Positions 17,194-26,045 of a DNA stretch of 35,411 nt are shown piece by piece (position 1 is the first letter of the stretch; every line of letters starts with the position of its first letter). Source of the stretch: a virus; IMG/VR virus record IMGVR_UViG_3300038956_000205, positions 1 through 35,411 of that record; one strand, written 5' to 3'. The translations under genes and the position numbers were made by a program. Under the pieces are notes generated by a model. The model saw nothing but the letters and a program-made list of their open reading frames with translations, was not told the origin of the DNA and did not search any database.

Positions 17194-18486
17194 TCAAATA
17201 TCCTTATATTTTTCAATTAACATTTTCATTCTCTCTGACTGGTCCTTAGTCTGAGCAAAACTCAGCCCCTTGCACAAGTAATCATTCTTGAGAATACAGA
17301 TGGCCATCCTGCGCCACGTAGGAGCCGCGCGTCTAGATTCTAATTTGTGGTCTACTGTGTCTGGTATTGATGAGTACCTCACTACTCTTTTGTTTTTGTT
17401 GCCTCTAGTGGATAGCTCTGGCCTGATTTCGGCCTCTTCTGGTAAGAGTGGTAATAACTCATCGGGTACGCCAGATCCTTTCTCTTTCCAATGCTTGATG
17501 AACTTTCTAAATCTATCAATATAATTGAGTCTCATTTCATCTGGAAGTGACGCTAGTAGGAATTTAGTATAAGACTCCCAGGTGTGCCCCTTTGGAAGCT
17601 GCACATTCCTGTACCCTAATATCTTATTTCCAGCGTAGATATTGCCAAAATTCGCCCCAGAAACCCTATTAACTACTCTCGCCCAGGTTTCAGGCTCGAT
17701 AACTCTAAACAGATTGAGCCCTATTCGCTGATCATCGCCGTATGGCTGGCAGATCCTCATATTAGAAAGGGGGACGCCTGCTTTGTAAAACATGTCATAG
17801 AGCCTGTTATAGTCCCATCCAAACTTACCATATGCAGTCCAGATGTCCTCTGTTTTCCAGTCATAGATTGGGTATACATTGTAAATATCTTGATCTTGAA
17901 ATAGCCTGGTAGTCCATTGATTCCCATCTATAGTTTCCTTCGATTTAGATGCTATTGTCCTGTATCGGTTCAGACTCTCGTCTGATCTAATGCCTACAAT
18001 TGTAGCCGTTTTTTCTCCATCAGCATACCATTTAGCAAACTCAGGTACAAACTCTTCAAATTCCATTCTATACTTCCAGAATGGAAAATACGATTGATCA
18101 GAGATTACTGCAGGATGTGATGGCATTTGTCTTATCCACTTGTCTTCATGCCCAGGTTCCCAGCAACACCAGAAAGGCTGATATACTGATACAGCATTCC
18201 TTAAGTTGAGGGGCAGGCAGACCCAGTAAGGTTCAATCAATTCAGCGTTGTCATTGAGTACGCGCTCAACATACTCAATAGTAAGTTTGTACTGCCCTTC
18301 GAGATCAATGAAGAGAACGCCAATTTTCTGATTACGTTTTTTTGCTTCTTGTAGTGCAAGCATCAGAGAAATGCCCGAATCCTTGCCTCCCGAGAATGAA
18401 ACGCAGACCTTTTCAAAATTGTCAAAGATATATTCCATTCGCCTGCACGCGGCATGATACACGTTTTCATTTGAGTACAGCTTCAT
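17194..18486 (-). CDS. ibrA: IbrA-like PP-loop/PAPS-reductase-family protein (DUF3440)
   Basis: 'SFSGGKDSG', 'WVCLP', 'GIRSDESLNR', 'YPIYDW', 'MRICQPYGD', 'WRRMAICILKND'. Confidence 0.9.
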   Translation of the reverse strand: MKLYSNENVYHAACRRMEYIFDNFEKVCVSFSGGKDSGISLMLALQEAKKRNQKIGVLFIDLEGQYKLTIEYVERVLNDNAELIEPYWVCLPLNLRNAVSVYQPFWCCWEPGHEDKWIRQMPSHPAVISDQSYFPFWKYRMEFEEFVPEFAKWYADGEKTATIVGIRSDESLNRYRTIASKSKETIDGNQWTTRLFQDQDIYNVYPIYDWKTEDIWTAYGKFGWDYNRLYDMFYKAGVPLSNMRICQPYGDDQRIGLNLFRVIEPETWARVVNRVSGANFGNIYAGNKILGYRNVQLPKGHTWESYTKFLLASLPDEMRLNYIDRFRKFIKHWKEKGSGVPDELLPLLPEEAEIRPELSTRGNKNKRVVRYSSIPDTVDHKLESRRAAPTWRRMAICILKNDYLCKGLSFAQTKDQSERMKMLIEKYKDI

Positions 18487-18637
18487 CCTTCATCTCCTTC
18501 CTCAAAAAAACATAATTTTTCGTTGAATTTCTCAGATATGGAAGTTCTTTCTTTATTTCTGGCATCGTGAGCACGTCGCCCATATACCCGTAAAATTCTT
18601 TTTTATCGTAACCGGGTTCATAGGTTTTAATTTGCAT
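18467..18637 (-). pseudogene. short ORF, possibly the truncated N-terminus of a phage GNAT-like protein
   Basis: MQIKTYEPGYDKKEFYGYMGDVLTMPEIKKELPYL; strong GGAGGGAG RBS; family call from recall only. Confidence 0.3.
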
Positions 18638-18648
18638 GATCTCCCTCC

Positions 18649-20109
18649 TTATAATAATTTTACCAAATCCTTTAATTTGGCTTTTTCATCTTTGACCGCG
18701 TCCACTTCTCTCTTAAAAGAGTCTGCGACGTTCTCTTTTCGAGAAATGGATTCCCATATCTTTTCATCGATTCCTGGTCCGATGATATCATAATATGTAA
18801 CTTCGTGATCCTGGCCGAACCTATGACATCTATCTTCAGCCTGTAACCTCTCCGAATATTTGAAGGAATTTGAAAAGAAAATAACATGCCTAGCCTCGTT
18901 GAGTGTAAGGCCATGTCCACCGCATGACTGAGTTGAAATAAAAAATCTAGCATGCCCTCTAAATTTTTCAACTTCTGCCTGTCTATCTTTCTGCTTTGTT
19001 GACCCTGTAAATACTGAAACTGATTCAGGCCCGTAACATTCTCTTAATTCTGATACTATCCGATCTACATCATATCGAAATTTAGCCCAGATGATGACTT
19101 TTTCATCGGCTTGAATTTGAGAGATTATATTAAATAGCGCTGGAAGCCGGTTATCCTCGAAGGTAAGAAACTTAAAAGTGTCTTCTTCGCTCAAACCCAT
19201 ATGATATTTGCAGATTCTTCGATTCCAAAACCCCGATGCGATCTGTTGCAGGACATTATATAGTCTAAAAATTGTATATGGTTTGAAATCATCGAGGTCT
19301 ATCTGGAGAAGCATTTCATTTTTTGCAGCTTCGTAAGCATCTCTCTGTTCGCGCGTGAGCTTAAAATACTTAGTTTGATAGTGTTTCCCTGGCAACGTCA
19401 TACACTCGTCTTTAGTGACCTGATAGACGTAAGGAGCAATCTTCGCGGCTAACTGTTCAGTGTTGTGAGTTCGCACGATTAAGCCAGGGTGACGCTCTGA
19501 ATATTCCAGGTGATTATTTGCGAAAGTGTACCAAGAGCGGTATCCTAAAATTTGCGGAGATAAAAACTTCATCTGAGAAAAGAGGTCTTCTACTCCCTGG
19601 CTGATCGGCGTACCTGTCAGGACAAAACGATATTTAGCTTTTTCAGCTATGAGAATTATTCTTTCAGTTCGTTTTGCCCGATGTCCTTTTATATAAGAGC
19701 TTTCATCAAGAATTACAAATGTCTTGTCCGTGATTAATTCTTTAGCTGCAAAAACTACACGGTTCGATGACGACATTGATTCTATCCCGATTATATACCA
19801 TCTCATATTAGGTATGTTTCTTGACGTTGTTTTTTCATCAAAAACATAGATATCCTTGGCGTCAGTGTGTTTAAGAATTTCTAAAAATATAGTAGATTTC
19901 AGGGAAACTGGACAGAACCAGACAACTTTATCAATTTTATGCGCTCGTTGTTTAATTATTTCGATTGCTGTACGGGTCTTTCCAGTACCCATTTCCATAA
20001 AAAGCCCACCTACTCTAGTGGGTTTCAGTTTATTGACTGCTGCCTCCTGCCAGGGCATTAATTCAGTCATCGTCTCGAAGGCTTGCATGGATACCAACCT
20101 CTGTTTCAT
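18649..20109 (-). CDS. SNF2-family helicase/ATPase
   Basis: 'MEMGTGKT', 'ILDESSYIK', 'LTGTP', 'GGHGLTL', 'QAEDRCHRFGQ'. Confidence 0.95.
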   Translation of the reverse strand: MKQRLVSMQAFETMTELMPWQEAAVNKLKPTRVGGLFMEMGTGKTRTAIEIIKQRAHKIDKVVWFCPVSLKSTIFLEILKHTDAKDIYVFDEKTTSRNIPNMRWYIIGIESMSSSNRVVFAAKELITDKTFVILDESSYIKGHRAKRTERIILIAEKAKYRFVLTGTPISQGVEDLFSQMKFLSPQILGYRSWYTFANNHLEYSERHPGLIVRTHNTEQLAAKIAPYVYQVTKDECMTLPGKHYQTKYFKLTREQRDAYEAAKNEMLLQIDLDDFKPYTIFRLYNVLQQIASGFWNRRICKYHMGLSEEDTFKFLTFEDNRLPALFNIISQIQADEKVIIWAKFRYDVDRIVSELRECYGPESVSVFTGSTKQKDRQAEVEKFRGHARFFISTQSCGGHGLTLNEARHVIFFSNSFKYSERLQAEDRCHRFGQDHEVTYYDIIGPGIDEKIWESISRKENVADSFKREVDAVKDEKAKLKDLVKLL

Positions 20110-20719
20110 TTTCCTTTGCTTGTCCTGATGTAGGTAATTCTACTTCGCTCATATCTACAACGAGAGCCTCTTCTCTGGCTTTCTTTGCTCCAGCTATGAG
20201 CTCAATTGCTCCTTCAGATAGTTTGAAATCAAACTTATCTACAAGGTCTAGAATCGCCTCGTATTGGTATGAAGGTATTACAACGTTGGGACTAGACCAT
20301 TTACTTCCTGCAATTGCTCTAGCTGCCTTGTATATTTCTTCATTTCCATATTCCCATGAAATGGAAAACCAGTCTTTGAATTTACCCTCTGATCTCTTAG
20401 CTATCCAGCGTTTTTGTTCAGGTTCGTACTCTTTATTAAGTACCTTCTCTTTGAGGGAGTCGTCAACGATGCAGACAATATATCCTGCTTTCAATAGTTT
20501 GATAGATATTTCGGTTGCTCGATCAAGCGGGGAGCCTGTAAATTTATTACATTTGCGTTTCCATCCTTCGCCGCCCCACCGGAAACCATGAGATTTTATC
20601 AGGTTTTTGAAATCGCTGTCTTTCTCAAAAAATGTTATTTTCACATAGTTTCCCAAAATGAGTATGTCTGCCACGGTTTCCGTGACAGGTTTAACCGGTC
20701 GAATAGTAGTTTGAGGCAT
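20063..20719 (-). CDS. SNF2 partner with two HARP-like repeats
   Basis: Duplicated pattern 'F..LIKSHGFRW' and 'IYKAARAIAGSKW'; adjacent to the helicase. Confidence 0.5.
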   Translation of the reverse strand: MPQTTIRPVKPVTETVADILILGNYVKITFFEKDSDFKNLIKSHGFRWGGEGWKRKCNKFTGSPLDRATEISIKLLKAGYIVCIVDDSLKEKVLNKEYEPEQKRWIAKRSEGKFKDWFSISWEYGNEEIYKAARAIAGSKWSSPNVVIPSYQYEAILDLVDKFDFKLSEGAIELIAGAKKAREEALVVDMSEVELPTSGQAKENETEVGIHASLRDDD

Positions 20720-20725
20720 GTTATG

Positions 20726-20911
20726 TCACTCCGGATATTTGCTAAGATACTCTTCGTATTTTGAGTATGCTGCTTCTTTCGGTGTTACCTGCTTGTATCC
20801 ATTCTTTTCACAAACAATTGAGCCGTCGTTCTCGAGCGTTACATTGATTCCCTGTCTTTTGAGAGTTGGGAAAAGGAAATTTTCTAACCATTCTTTGTAG
20901 CTGAAAGGCAT
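20726..20911 (-). CDS. hypothetical protein (61 aa)
   Basis: ATG at 20911, downstream of the duplicated promoter. Confidence 0.5.
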   Translation of the reverse strand: MPFSYKEWLENFLFPTLKRQGINVTLENDGSIVCEKNGYKQVTPKEAAYSKYEEYLSKYPE

Positions 20912-20946
20912 TTGTGTCAACCGTCCTACGTTCTGGTAGTATATAC

Positions 20947-20979
20947 TAGTAGCCAATCGTATATATAGTTTATGGCTAC
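20947..20979 (-). promoter_or_regulatory. second copy of the GTAGCCA-N17-TGGCTAC promoter/operator
   Basis: TAGTAGCCAATCGTATATATAGTTTATGGCTAC versus the 16267 copy. Confidence 0.75.
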
Positions 20980-21048
20980 AATGTTAAACATACTTAACTA
21001 ACTCATATAAAATAAATTATTTTAATCTGTAAAATATTATATAGTCTA

Positions 21049-21064
21049 TGTGCTAAATATCACA
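21049..21064. promoter_or_regulatory. operator TGTGC-TA-N4-TCACA, copy 1
   Basis: Lies after TATTATATA; further copies at 25965 and 26030. Confidence 0.6.
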
Positions 21065-21091
21065 TACTTAAAAAAATAAGGAGCCACTATC

Positions 21092-21499
21092 ATAAAAATA
21101 AGAATCATCTCCCACCGTGAAGACATTCCCGAACTGCATCCAACCGAGCGCATCGTACATATCGCTTTCAGACCGTCAAATAAAGACATATTCCGCATCG
21201 TGGAAGCCTGCCCGAAAGTAGAAGCTATTCAGTTACCCGTTTCATACAAGAGAACGCTTTCGCAGTCCATCCAGCTATTCCTGAAAATGCAGAATGTAGC
21301 AGTTCTTGAGGGTAATGTCTGGGGGCATAGAAAAGACATTTGTGAGTATCGCCTTATCCCGCCTAGCCTCTTCGATGAGATTGAATCGATGCGTCAGAAG
21401 AGAGTAGACCAGGATAAGATTGTACACGATGTCGGGGCTAAGTATCGGTTATCTCCTGGATTCGTTGAGTTTGTAATTAAGAAAGGAGTGACTACATGA
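21092..21499 (+). CDS. DUF1699-family protein (Methanosarcina-typical); apparent ATA start
   Basis: (I)KIRIISHREDI..LHPTERIVHIAFRPSNKDIF...EGNVWGHRKDI; the frame is open from 21092; AAGGAG RBS. Confidence 0.75.
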   Translation: MKIRIISHREDIPELHPTERIVHIAFRPSNKDIFRIVEACPKVEAIQLPVSYKRTLSQSIQLFLKMQNVAVLEGNVWGHRKDICEYRLIPPSLFDEIESMRQKRVDQDKIVHDVGAKYRLSPGFVEFVIKKGVTT

Positions 21500-21591
21500 G
21501 TGACTACATAATGCAACCTAAAAAGAACCCTGGGCTTGCAGCCGTTGCATCCTTCTTTTTTTCTGGACTTGGACAGATTTATAACGGAGAA
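21496..21591 (+). pseudogene. truncated TM2-like membrane protein
   Basis: 'KKNPGLAAVASFFFSGLGQIYNGE' is followed abruptly by AT-rich sequence belonging to the methylase insert. Confidence 0.65.
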
Positions 21592-21674
21592 AGTTTAATC
21601 AGTCGATTACTGACTGATTCTTTTATTTTTTTGTATTTGTTCAAGACGAATAAGAACATTGTCTGCTTATTTAA

Positions 21675-22574
21675 TTAAATTTCAATTTTGTTAATATTGA
21701 GGGATTTGATCGAAGAATCTATTTCGAAGGCAATTTTTTTACACTTTAGAATAGGGATCTCATAGTTAGAGATAAAAAGTTCTTGCCCTTTTGAAGCAGA
21801 AGTTTGTTTATAGTTATTCATTCCATACTGAAGTTCCCATTCATAGATATTTGCAAAAGAAAACAATTTTTTTACTTCAGGAGAATTATCATAGGTAATT
21901 AACCATTTGTGCTTACATTGCTTCATATTTTCAGCAAATTGTTCATGGTCAAATAACTCATGTAAGTCTCCATTTTTTCCATATAGTTTTGATTTTTTTG
22001 TAGATAAATAAGGTGGATCTAAAAATATGAATACGTTCTTTCCGTCTTCATTGATAATTTTTTGATAGTCTAAGTTTGTTATTTCCACATTCGATAATAA
22101 TTCTTTTATGTCTTCAAGCCTTTTAATAGAAGAATCTGTAAATCTTCCATTAAAAGACTGTTCCGAATAACCACCTGATTCTATAGTTCCTGAAAAGGTA
22201 ATTCTATTCAAAACAAAGAATCTTACTGCCCTTTCAAAGTCTGTAAAGTCTTTTTTCCCATCAGTTAATTCAGTAAAAAGTGCTCTTCCGTTAGCGTATG
22301 TATTTTTAATTCTTGTCACTTCAGAAACAAGCCCTTCCATATCCTCTTTACAGTATTTCCAGAATATATACAGGTCTCGATTAATGTCATTTATCCAATA
22401 CTTTTTATTTGGGTATTTTTGAAACAAAGCAAAAAAAACAGAACCTCCGCCTACCATAGGCTCTCTATACTCATCGAAAGATGGTACAATAGGCAGTATT
22501 TGTTTTATTGCCCTTGATTTTCCACCAGGATAACGCAACGGACTTTTTATATTCATAGAATATAACATAGTCAT
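21675..22574 (-). CDS. dam: Dam/D12-class N6-adenine DNA methyltransferase (orphan)
   Basis: 'SPLRYPGGKSR', 'EPMVGGGSVF', 'INDIN', 'FLDPPY'; target site not established. Confidence 0.9.
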   Translation of the reverse strand: MTMLYSMNIKSPLRYPGGKSRAIKQILPIVPSFDEYREPMVGGGSVFFALFQKYPNKKYWINDINRDLYIFWKYCKEDMEGLVSEVTRIKNTYANGRALFTELTDGKKDFTDFERAVRFFVLNRITFSGTIESGGYSEQSFNGRFTDSSIKRLEDIKELLSNVEITNLDYQKIINEDGKNVFIFLDPPYLSTKKSKLYGKNGDLHELFDHEQFAENMKQCKHKWLITYDNSPEVKKLFSFANIYEWELQYGMNNYKQTSASKGQELFISNYEIPILKCKKIAFEIDSSIKSLNINKIEI

Positions 22575-22730
22575 TTTATTCTTAAGTCTTATGCATTATC
22601 AAAGTATCGTTAAAAAGTCGATTTATTATTTCTATTTTTTATCTTACTTTTTTTATTATTCATTCGATACTTTTCGGAAAGCTTAAATAGGGTAATAGCG
22701 TACTAGATTTGTAAGCGAATTGAGGTCGAA

Positions 22731-22895
22731 ATGATGGCAAATGCTACGGTGAAACGAACCCTAAGAACTCCTAAATCTGATGATAATTATCTAGTTGGAC
22801 TCTGGGAGAAAGGAGAATATACAACTCTTAATGCTGCGTATAATGACGCGATTAGGAGAGGGGTAAAAGCGATAAAAAGGGAAAGGAAAGAGTAG
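22731..22895 (+). CDS. 54-aa ribbon-helix-helix-like regulator
   Basis: MMANATVKRTLRTPKSDDNYLVGLWEKGEYTTLNAAYNDAIRRG; GAGGT RBS. Confidence 0.5.
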   Translation: MMANATVKRTLRTPKSDDNYLVGLWEKGEYTTLNAAYNDAIRRGVKAIKRERKE

Positions 22896-22969
22896 TTATA
22901 ATGTATGAAAAATTAAAATGTTTCAATCAAAATAAATAACCCCCTGTTAATCCTCCGGCAGGGGGCATC

Positions 22970-23030
22970 ATGCCATATAGCACCCATAAACCTGGGTGGG
23001 CTTGAGGGGTTCGAATCCTCGGTGTGGCAT
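22970..23030 (+). ncRNA. tRNA-like structure lacking a D arm
   Basis: ATGCCAT/GTGGCAT acceptor-like stem, CACCCA/TGGGTG stem-loop, GGTTCGAATCC T-loop. Confidence 0.4.
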
Positions 23031-23205
23031 CTCCGAGAGGAGAGTAAGAAAAAAAGTGAGATACGTATACGTATAGTTGTTGAACGCCCTTTGGAAATCA
23101 AGGGTCACGATGATCCAAAGTTATCTTGAATTACCCAGGGAAAATCAAAATAGATATCTGAAAAATCTACTCGCGAACTGCAACCCGGAGCAATCCGGGC
23201 CAAGT

Positions 23206-23278
23206 ACTCCCGTAGTGTAGTGGTCAATCACTCCAGCCTTTGGAGCTGGAAACCTCGGTTCGAATCCGGCAGGGAGTT
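23206..23278 (+). tRNA. tRNA-Gln(UUG)
   Basis: ACTCCCG acceptor, GTGTAGTGGTCAATCAC D arm, CCAGC-CTTTGGA-GCTGG anticodon arm, GGTTCGAATCC; mismatches at pairs 7-66 and 49-65. Confidence 0.8.
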
Positions 23279-23316
23279 TGAAAAAACGGGATGATAAATT
23301 TTAAGAGGTAAAAAAT

Positions 23317-23751
23317 ATGGAAGACCCACTTTTTGATACAAGTAAAGTTGATGAGCTGGCGGCAGCCGAATACGTTAATGCTGAAACGCAACCGGAAACC
23401 CTTGAAGACCTATTCCACGAACTAAATTCCCTGTCCTGGCAGCTTGCAGATGAATGCAAGGAAATTGATGAAATCATAGCCGACATGGAAGAGAAGCGGG
23501 CAGAAAAGGCCGATGAGTATGCCCCACGGATTCAGGAACTTAATGAGCAGATTAAAGCGGAAATTCTCAAAAATGGAAAATCATTCAAATGTGAGTGGGG
23601 ATCTGCCACATACAGAAAGGGCCGGACAACTATTACGTGGAATGATGATGCTCTGATGGGGTACGCTGTAGACCACCCTGAAATTCTGAAGTTTAGGACT
23701 GAGAAGACCGGGGAACCGTCTGTTTCGTTGAAAATAGGTGATCTGAAATGA
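23317..23751 (+). CDS. Gam/Gp157-like coiled-coil DNA-end protection protein
   Basis: Coiled coil followed by 'KSFKCEWGSATYRKGRTTITWNDDALMGYA'. Confidence 0.6.
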   Translation: MEDPLFDTSKVDELAAAEYVNAETQPETLEDLFHELNSLSWQLADECKEIDEIIADMEEKRAEKADEYAPRIQELNEQIKAEILKNGKSFKCEWGSATYRKGRTTITWNDDALMGYAVDHPEILKFRTEKTGEPSVSLKIGDLK

Positions 23752-23764
23752 CATCCCTCAAGAC

Positions 23765-24073
23765 GTGGGATATGTAATTCCTGGGAAATGTAAAAAATAC
23801 GGAGCCAACAAGATGATAGATGAGAGACAGATTAATACAGTTGAATCAATTGCAGAATCATTGAAAATCATTGCTGAGAAACCGCCTGTAGGGGTTACCT
23901 TAGAAATAACAGACGGTTTTAACAAAGCCTCTGAAAATTTAAGAGAACTTGTTTTAGCTGATGCCCGATATAAAAAAGTTCAGAAGTATTGCGAACATTG
24001 TGGTGTGCCCCTTATCGTAGACCAGGATGAAGAACATCCTCTTTGTGAAGAGCATTCGGGGGCGGGACTATGA
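23765..24073 (+). CDS. hypothetical protein with C-terminal Zn finger
   Basis: 'CEHCG...LCEEH'; exact start uncertain. Confidence 0.55.
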   Translation: MGYVIPGKCKKYGANKMIDERQINTVESIAESLKIIAEKPPVGVTLEITDGFNKASENLRELVLADARYKKVQKYCEHCGVPLIVDQDEEHPLCEEHSGAGL

Positions 24074-24666
24074 GCCACGAAGAAGCTCTGAAACTTGACA
24101 TTCTCCTGCGTCTACAGAAAGACGGCTGGAACCTGAAAGAAACGGATGATCCAGCAACGCTGTCTATGAGTGCGGGTACTGGATATACTCTTTTCGCAAG
24201 CGTGAATAAGCCCTGGTATATCCTGTTTGACGATGGGGTAGAGAAAACAGAATATCCCATTGATTCCGAGAAGGTCCCATATACAAACCGCAAGGATGTT
24301 AAAAAGTTATGGGACCAGTTTGAGGCTGGTGTTAAGGCTCTCGGTATGTCGGGAAGTCAGAAAGAACCACTTTTCCAGCCTGCAAAGCGCGAAGAAGCTG
24401 CGCCCTCTAAAAAGAAGAAGCCCGCTTCTGCAAAAAAGAAGGCTCCTATAGAAGCCGAGGGGATGAAGCTTCCTATTGTGTACCCTGCTGAATTTAAAGG
24501 CTCTTTCATGCTTTTTAAGCAGTGGACCGCCAAGAACGATGTAATACCTGCGAACAGTGAAGTCGTAATTCTTGAAGAAACTGAAAAGAGTTTCAGGGTG
24601 TCCATCGCGCAGGCACATATCTCTTTTGATATTTCGAAGAGTAAGGCTGAGGTGGTTGAAGCATGA
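24070..24666 (+). CDS. hypothetical protein
   Basis: 198 aa, ATGA-coupled on both sides, Lys-rich linker. Confidence 0.65.
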   Translation: MSHEEALKLDILLRLQKDGWNLKETDDPATLSMSAGTGYTLFASVNKPWYILFDDGVEKTEYPIDSEKVPYTNRKDVKKLWDQFEAGVKALGMSGSQKEPLFQPAKREEAAPSKKKKPASAKKKAPIEAEGMKLPIVYPAEFKGSFMLFKQWTAKNDVIPANSEVVILEETEKSFRVSIAQAHISFDISKSKAEVVEA

Positions 24667-25016
24667 ACCCGCCTAGAGTAACCTCCCCCAGAAAATCCCG
24701 CTTCGCAGAATCCCTCCTTAAAGCTCGCTCTAAAGGGAAATCCCCTTCTGTCATTCCCCTTTACGGTATCCACCGTGTCACTATTAAGCCTAGTGACGAA
24801 ATGAAAGAAATCCTTGAGGAAATTAACAAATCTCTCAAGAAACTTGCCAACTCGGATAAGTCAACTTCCCAGATTGTCCAGGAAGTCCTTTCTCAGCCTC
24901 TTGGTGAGCCTGGAACTACAGAAGAGGTAGACGAACCTGCTGAACTGTCAGGAGTTAATACAGAAGCTCTCAGCATGAAGAAGGGGGGTGTTAAATGCAG
25001 ACAGCTCCTGCTATAA
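24663..25016 (+). CDS. hypothetical protein
   Basis: 117 aa, ATGA-coupled. Confidence 0.55.
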   Translation: MNPPRVTSPRKSRFAESLLKARSKGKSPSVIPLYGIHRVTIKPSDEMKEILEEINKSLKKLANSDKSTSQIVQEVLSQPLGEPGTTEEVDEPAELSGVNTEALSMKKGGVKCRQLLL

Positions 25017-25213
25017 ATCCTGGTATAAATGTGGACCTGGATAGATATCTCAGGCGTTTTAAACGCCCTGAAAAATACCGCTCAAAAGTAATAAAAATAA
25101 TTGAAATGTCTAAAGAAGGCAGGACTCTTGAGGAAATTAAGAATGCTGTAAGGATGAGTAATGGGAATATTAATTCTGCTCGGAGATGGGGCAGACAGGC
25201 GGGGTTGTGGTAA
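24995..25213 (+). CDS. small helix-turn-helix protein
   Basis: 'EGRTLEEIKNAVRMSNGNINSARRW'. Confidence 0.55.
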   Translation: MQTAPAINPGINVDLDRYLRRFKRPEKYRSKVIKIIEMSKEGRTLEEIKNAVRMSNGNINSARRWGRQAGLW

Positions 25214-25294
25214 GATGTCTCGTTTAGACTGTGGGATTATCATTTTTAATACCCGCGTTGCCGGCGCCTTAAAAATTGTCTCGTTGGTGATCTG

Positions 25295-25486
25295 ATGACT
25301 GACGAGATCAAAGCCATTGACGGACAATTCTCAAAAGTCGGACCTGCTATCTGCACAATTCAGCCAATGGCTGTATGTTCTATTCAGGAGCAGTGTTCAG
25401 TCTGCCCGATTGCCAGGACCCACCTTAATCCAGATCTCCGATTAGACATCTATAAGGAAATTAAAAAGATTAAGGGGGTTATGTGA
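25295..25486 (+). CDS. small Cys-rich protein
   Basis: C..C..C..C pattern. Confidence 0.5.
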   Translation: MTDEIKAIDGQFSKVGPAICTIQPMAVCSIQEQCSVCPIARTHLNPDLRLDIYKEIKKIKGVM

Positions 25487-25674
25487 TGGCAGCGAAAAGC
25501 AAGACTGTTAAAGGCGGTCTGTTTGTTCGCTGTGTCTGCTGTGGAAGGGTATTCAAGGTAAAGTCCTCCGAAGAGCGGTTCTGCTCAAGGGATTGTAAGG
25601 CTGTGGGCAGGCAGGCTGTCGTTGAGAGGGCGGTCTTGCATGAATTGGGGGGGACTGTACGTGGCTCGAATTGA
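25483..25674 (+). CDS. small Zn-finger protein
   Basis: 'CVCCGRVF......RFCSRDC'. Confidence 0.6.
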   Translation: MMAAKSKTVKGGLFVRCVCCGRVFKVKSSEERFCSRDCKAVGRQAVVERAVLHELGGTVRGSN

Positions 25675-25741
25675 TTATGGGCAAGTCCCATCTGTCCGAA
25701 AACCTAATACACAAAATAAAAATATGGGAGGTGGTTAAGTA

Positions 25742-25912
25742 ATGTCTTTCGTTGTGAAATGGAAACCGAGAGACGTTGTTTTAACTAAAGAGTTTACTAC
25801 TGAAGAAGAAGCGAATAATTTTAAAAAGAATTGCAGGTCACTTGGGATTAAGGTAATCGGTTCTGAAACGCAAGAAAAAATGATTAATACAATTGAGTGG
25901 CCCAGAATATGA
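25742..25912 (+). CDS. 56-aa hypothetical protein
   Basis: GGAGGTGG RBS; MSFVVKWKPRDVVLTKEFTTEEEANNF. Confidence 0.5.
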   Translation: MSFVVKWKPRDVVLTKEFTTEEEANNFKKNCRSLGIKVIGSETQEKMINTIEWPRI

Positions 25913-25964
25913 CTCTTGAAGTGCGGCGACCCACTGAAAAACGATCTCCTTCTTTTTTAAAAAA

Positions 25965-26045
25965 TGTGCTATACATCACATTATTTTTTCAATGTCGGCA
26001 GCCATTATTAAAAATGAGTATATAAAAAATGTGCTATCTGTCACA
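25965..26045. promoter_or_regulatory. two TGTGC-TA-N4-TCACA operators (25965-25980, 26030-26045)
   Basis: Both are preceded by an A-run; TATA-like elements lie at about 26019 and 26057. Confidence 0.6.

Noticed and set aside
22970-23030. tRNA-Pyl or amber-suppressor tRNA
   Set aside because: No CUA anticodon in a 7-nt loop, and no resemblance to the Methanosarcina pylT sequence as I recall it
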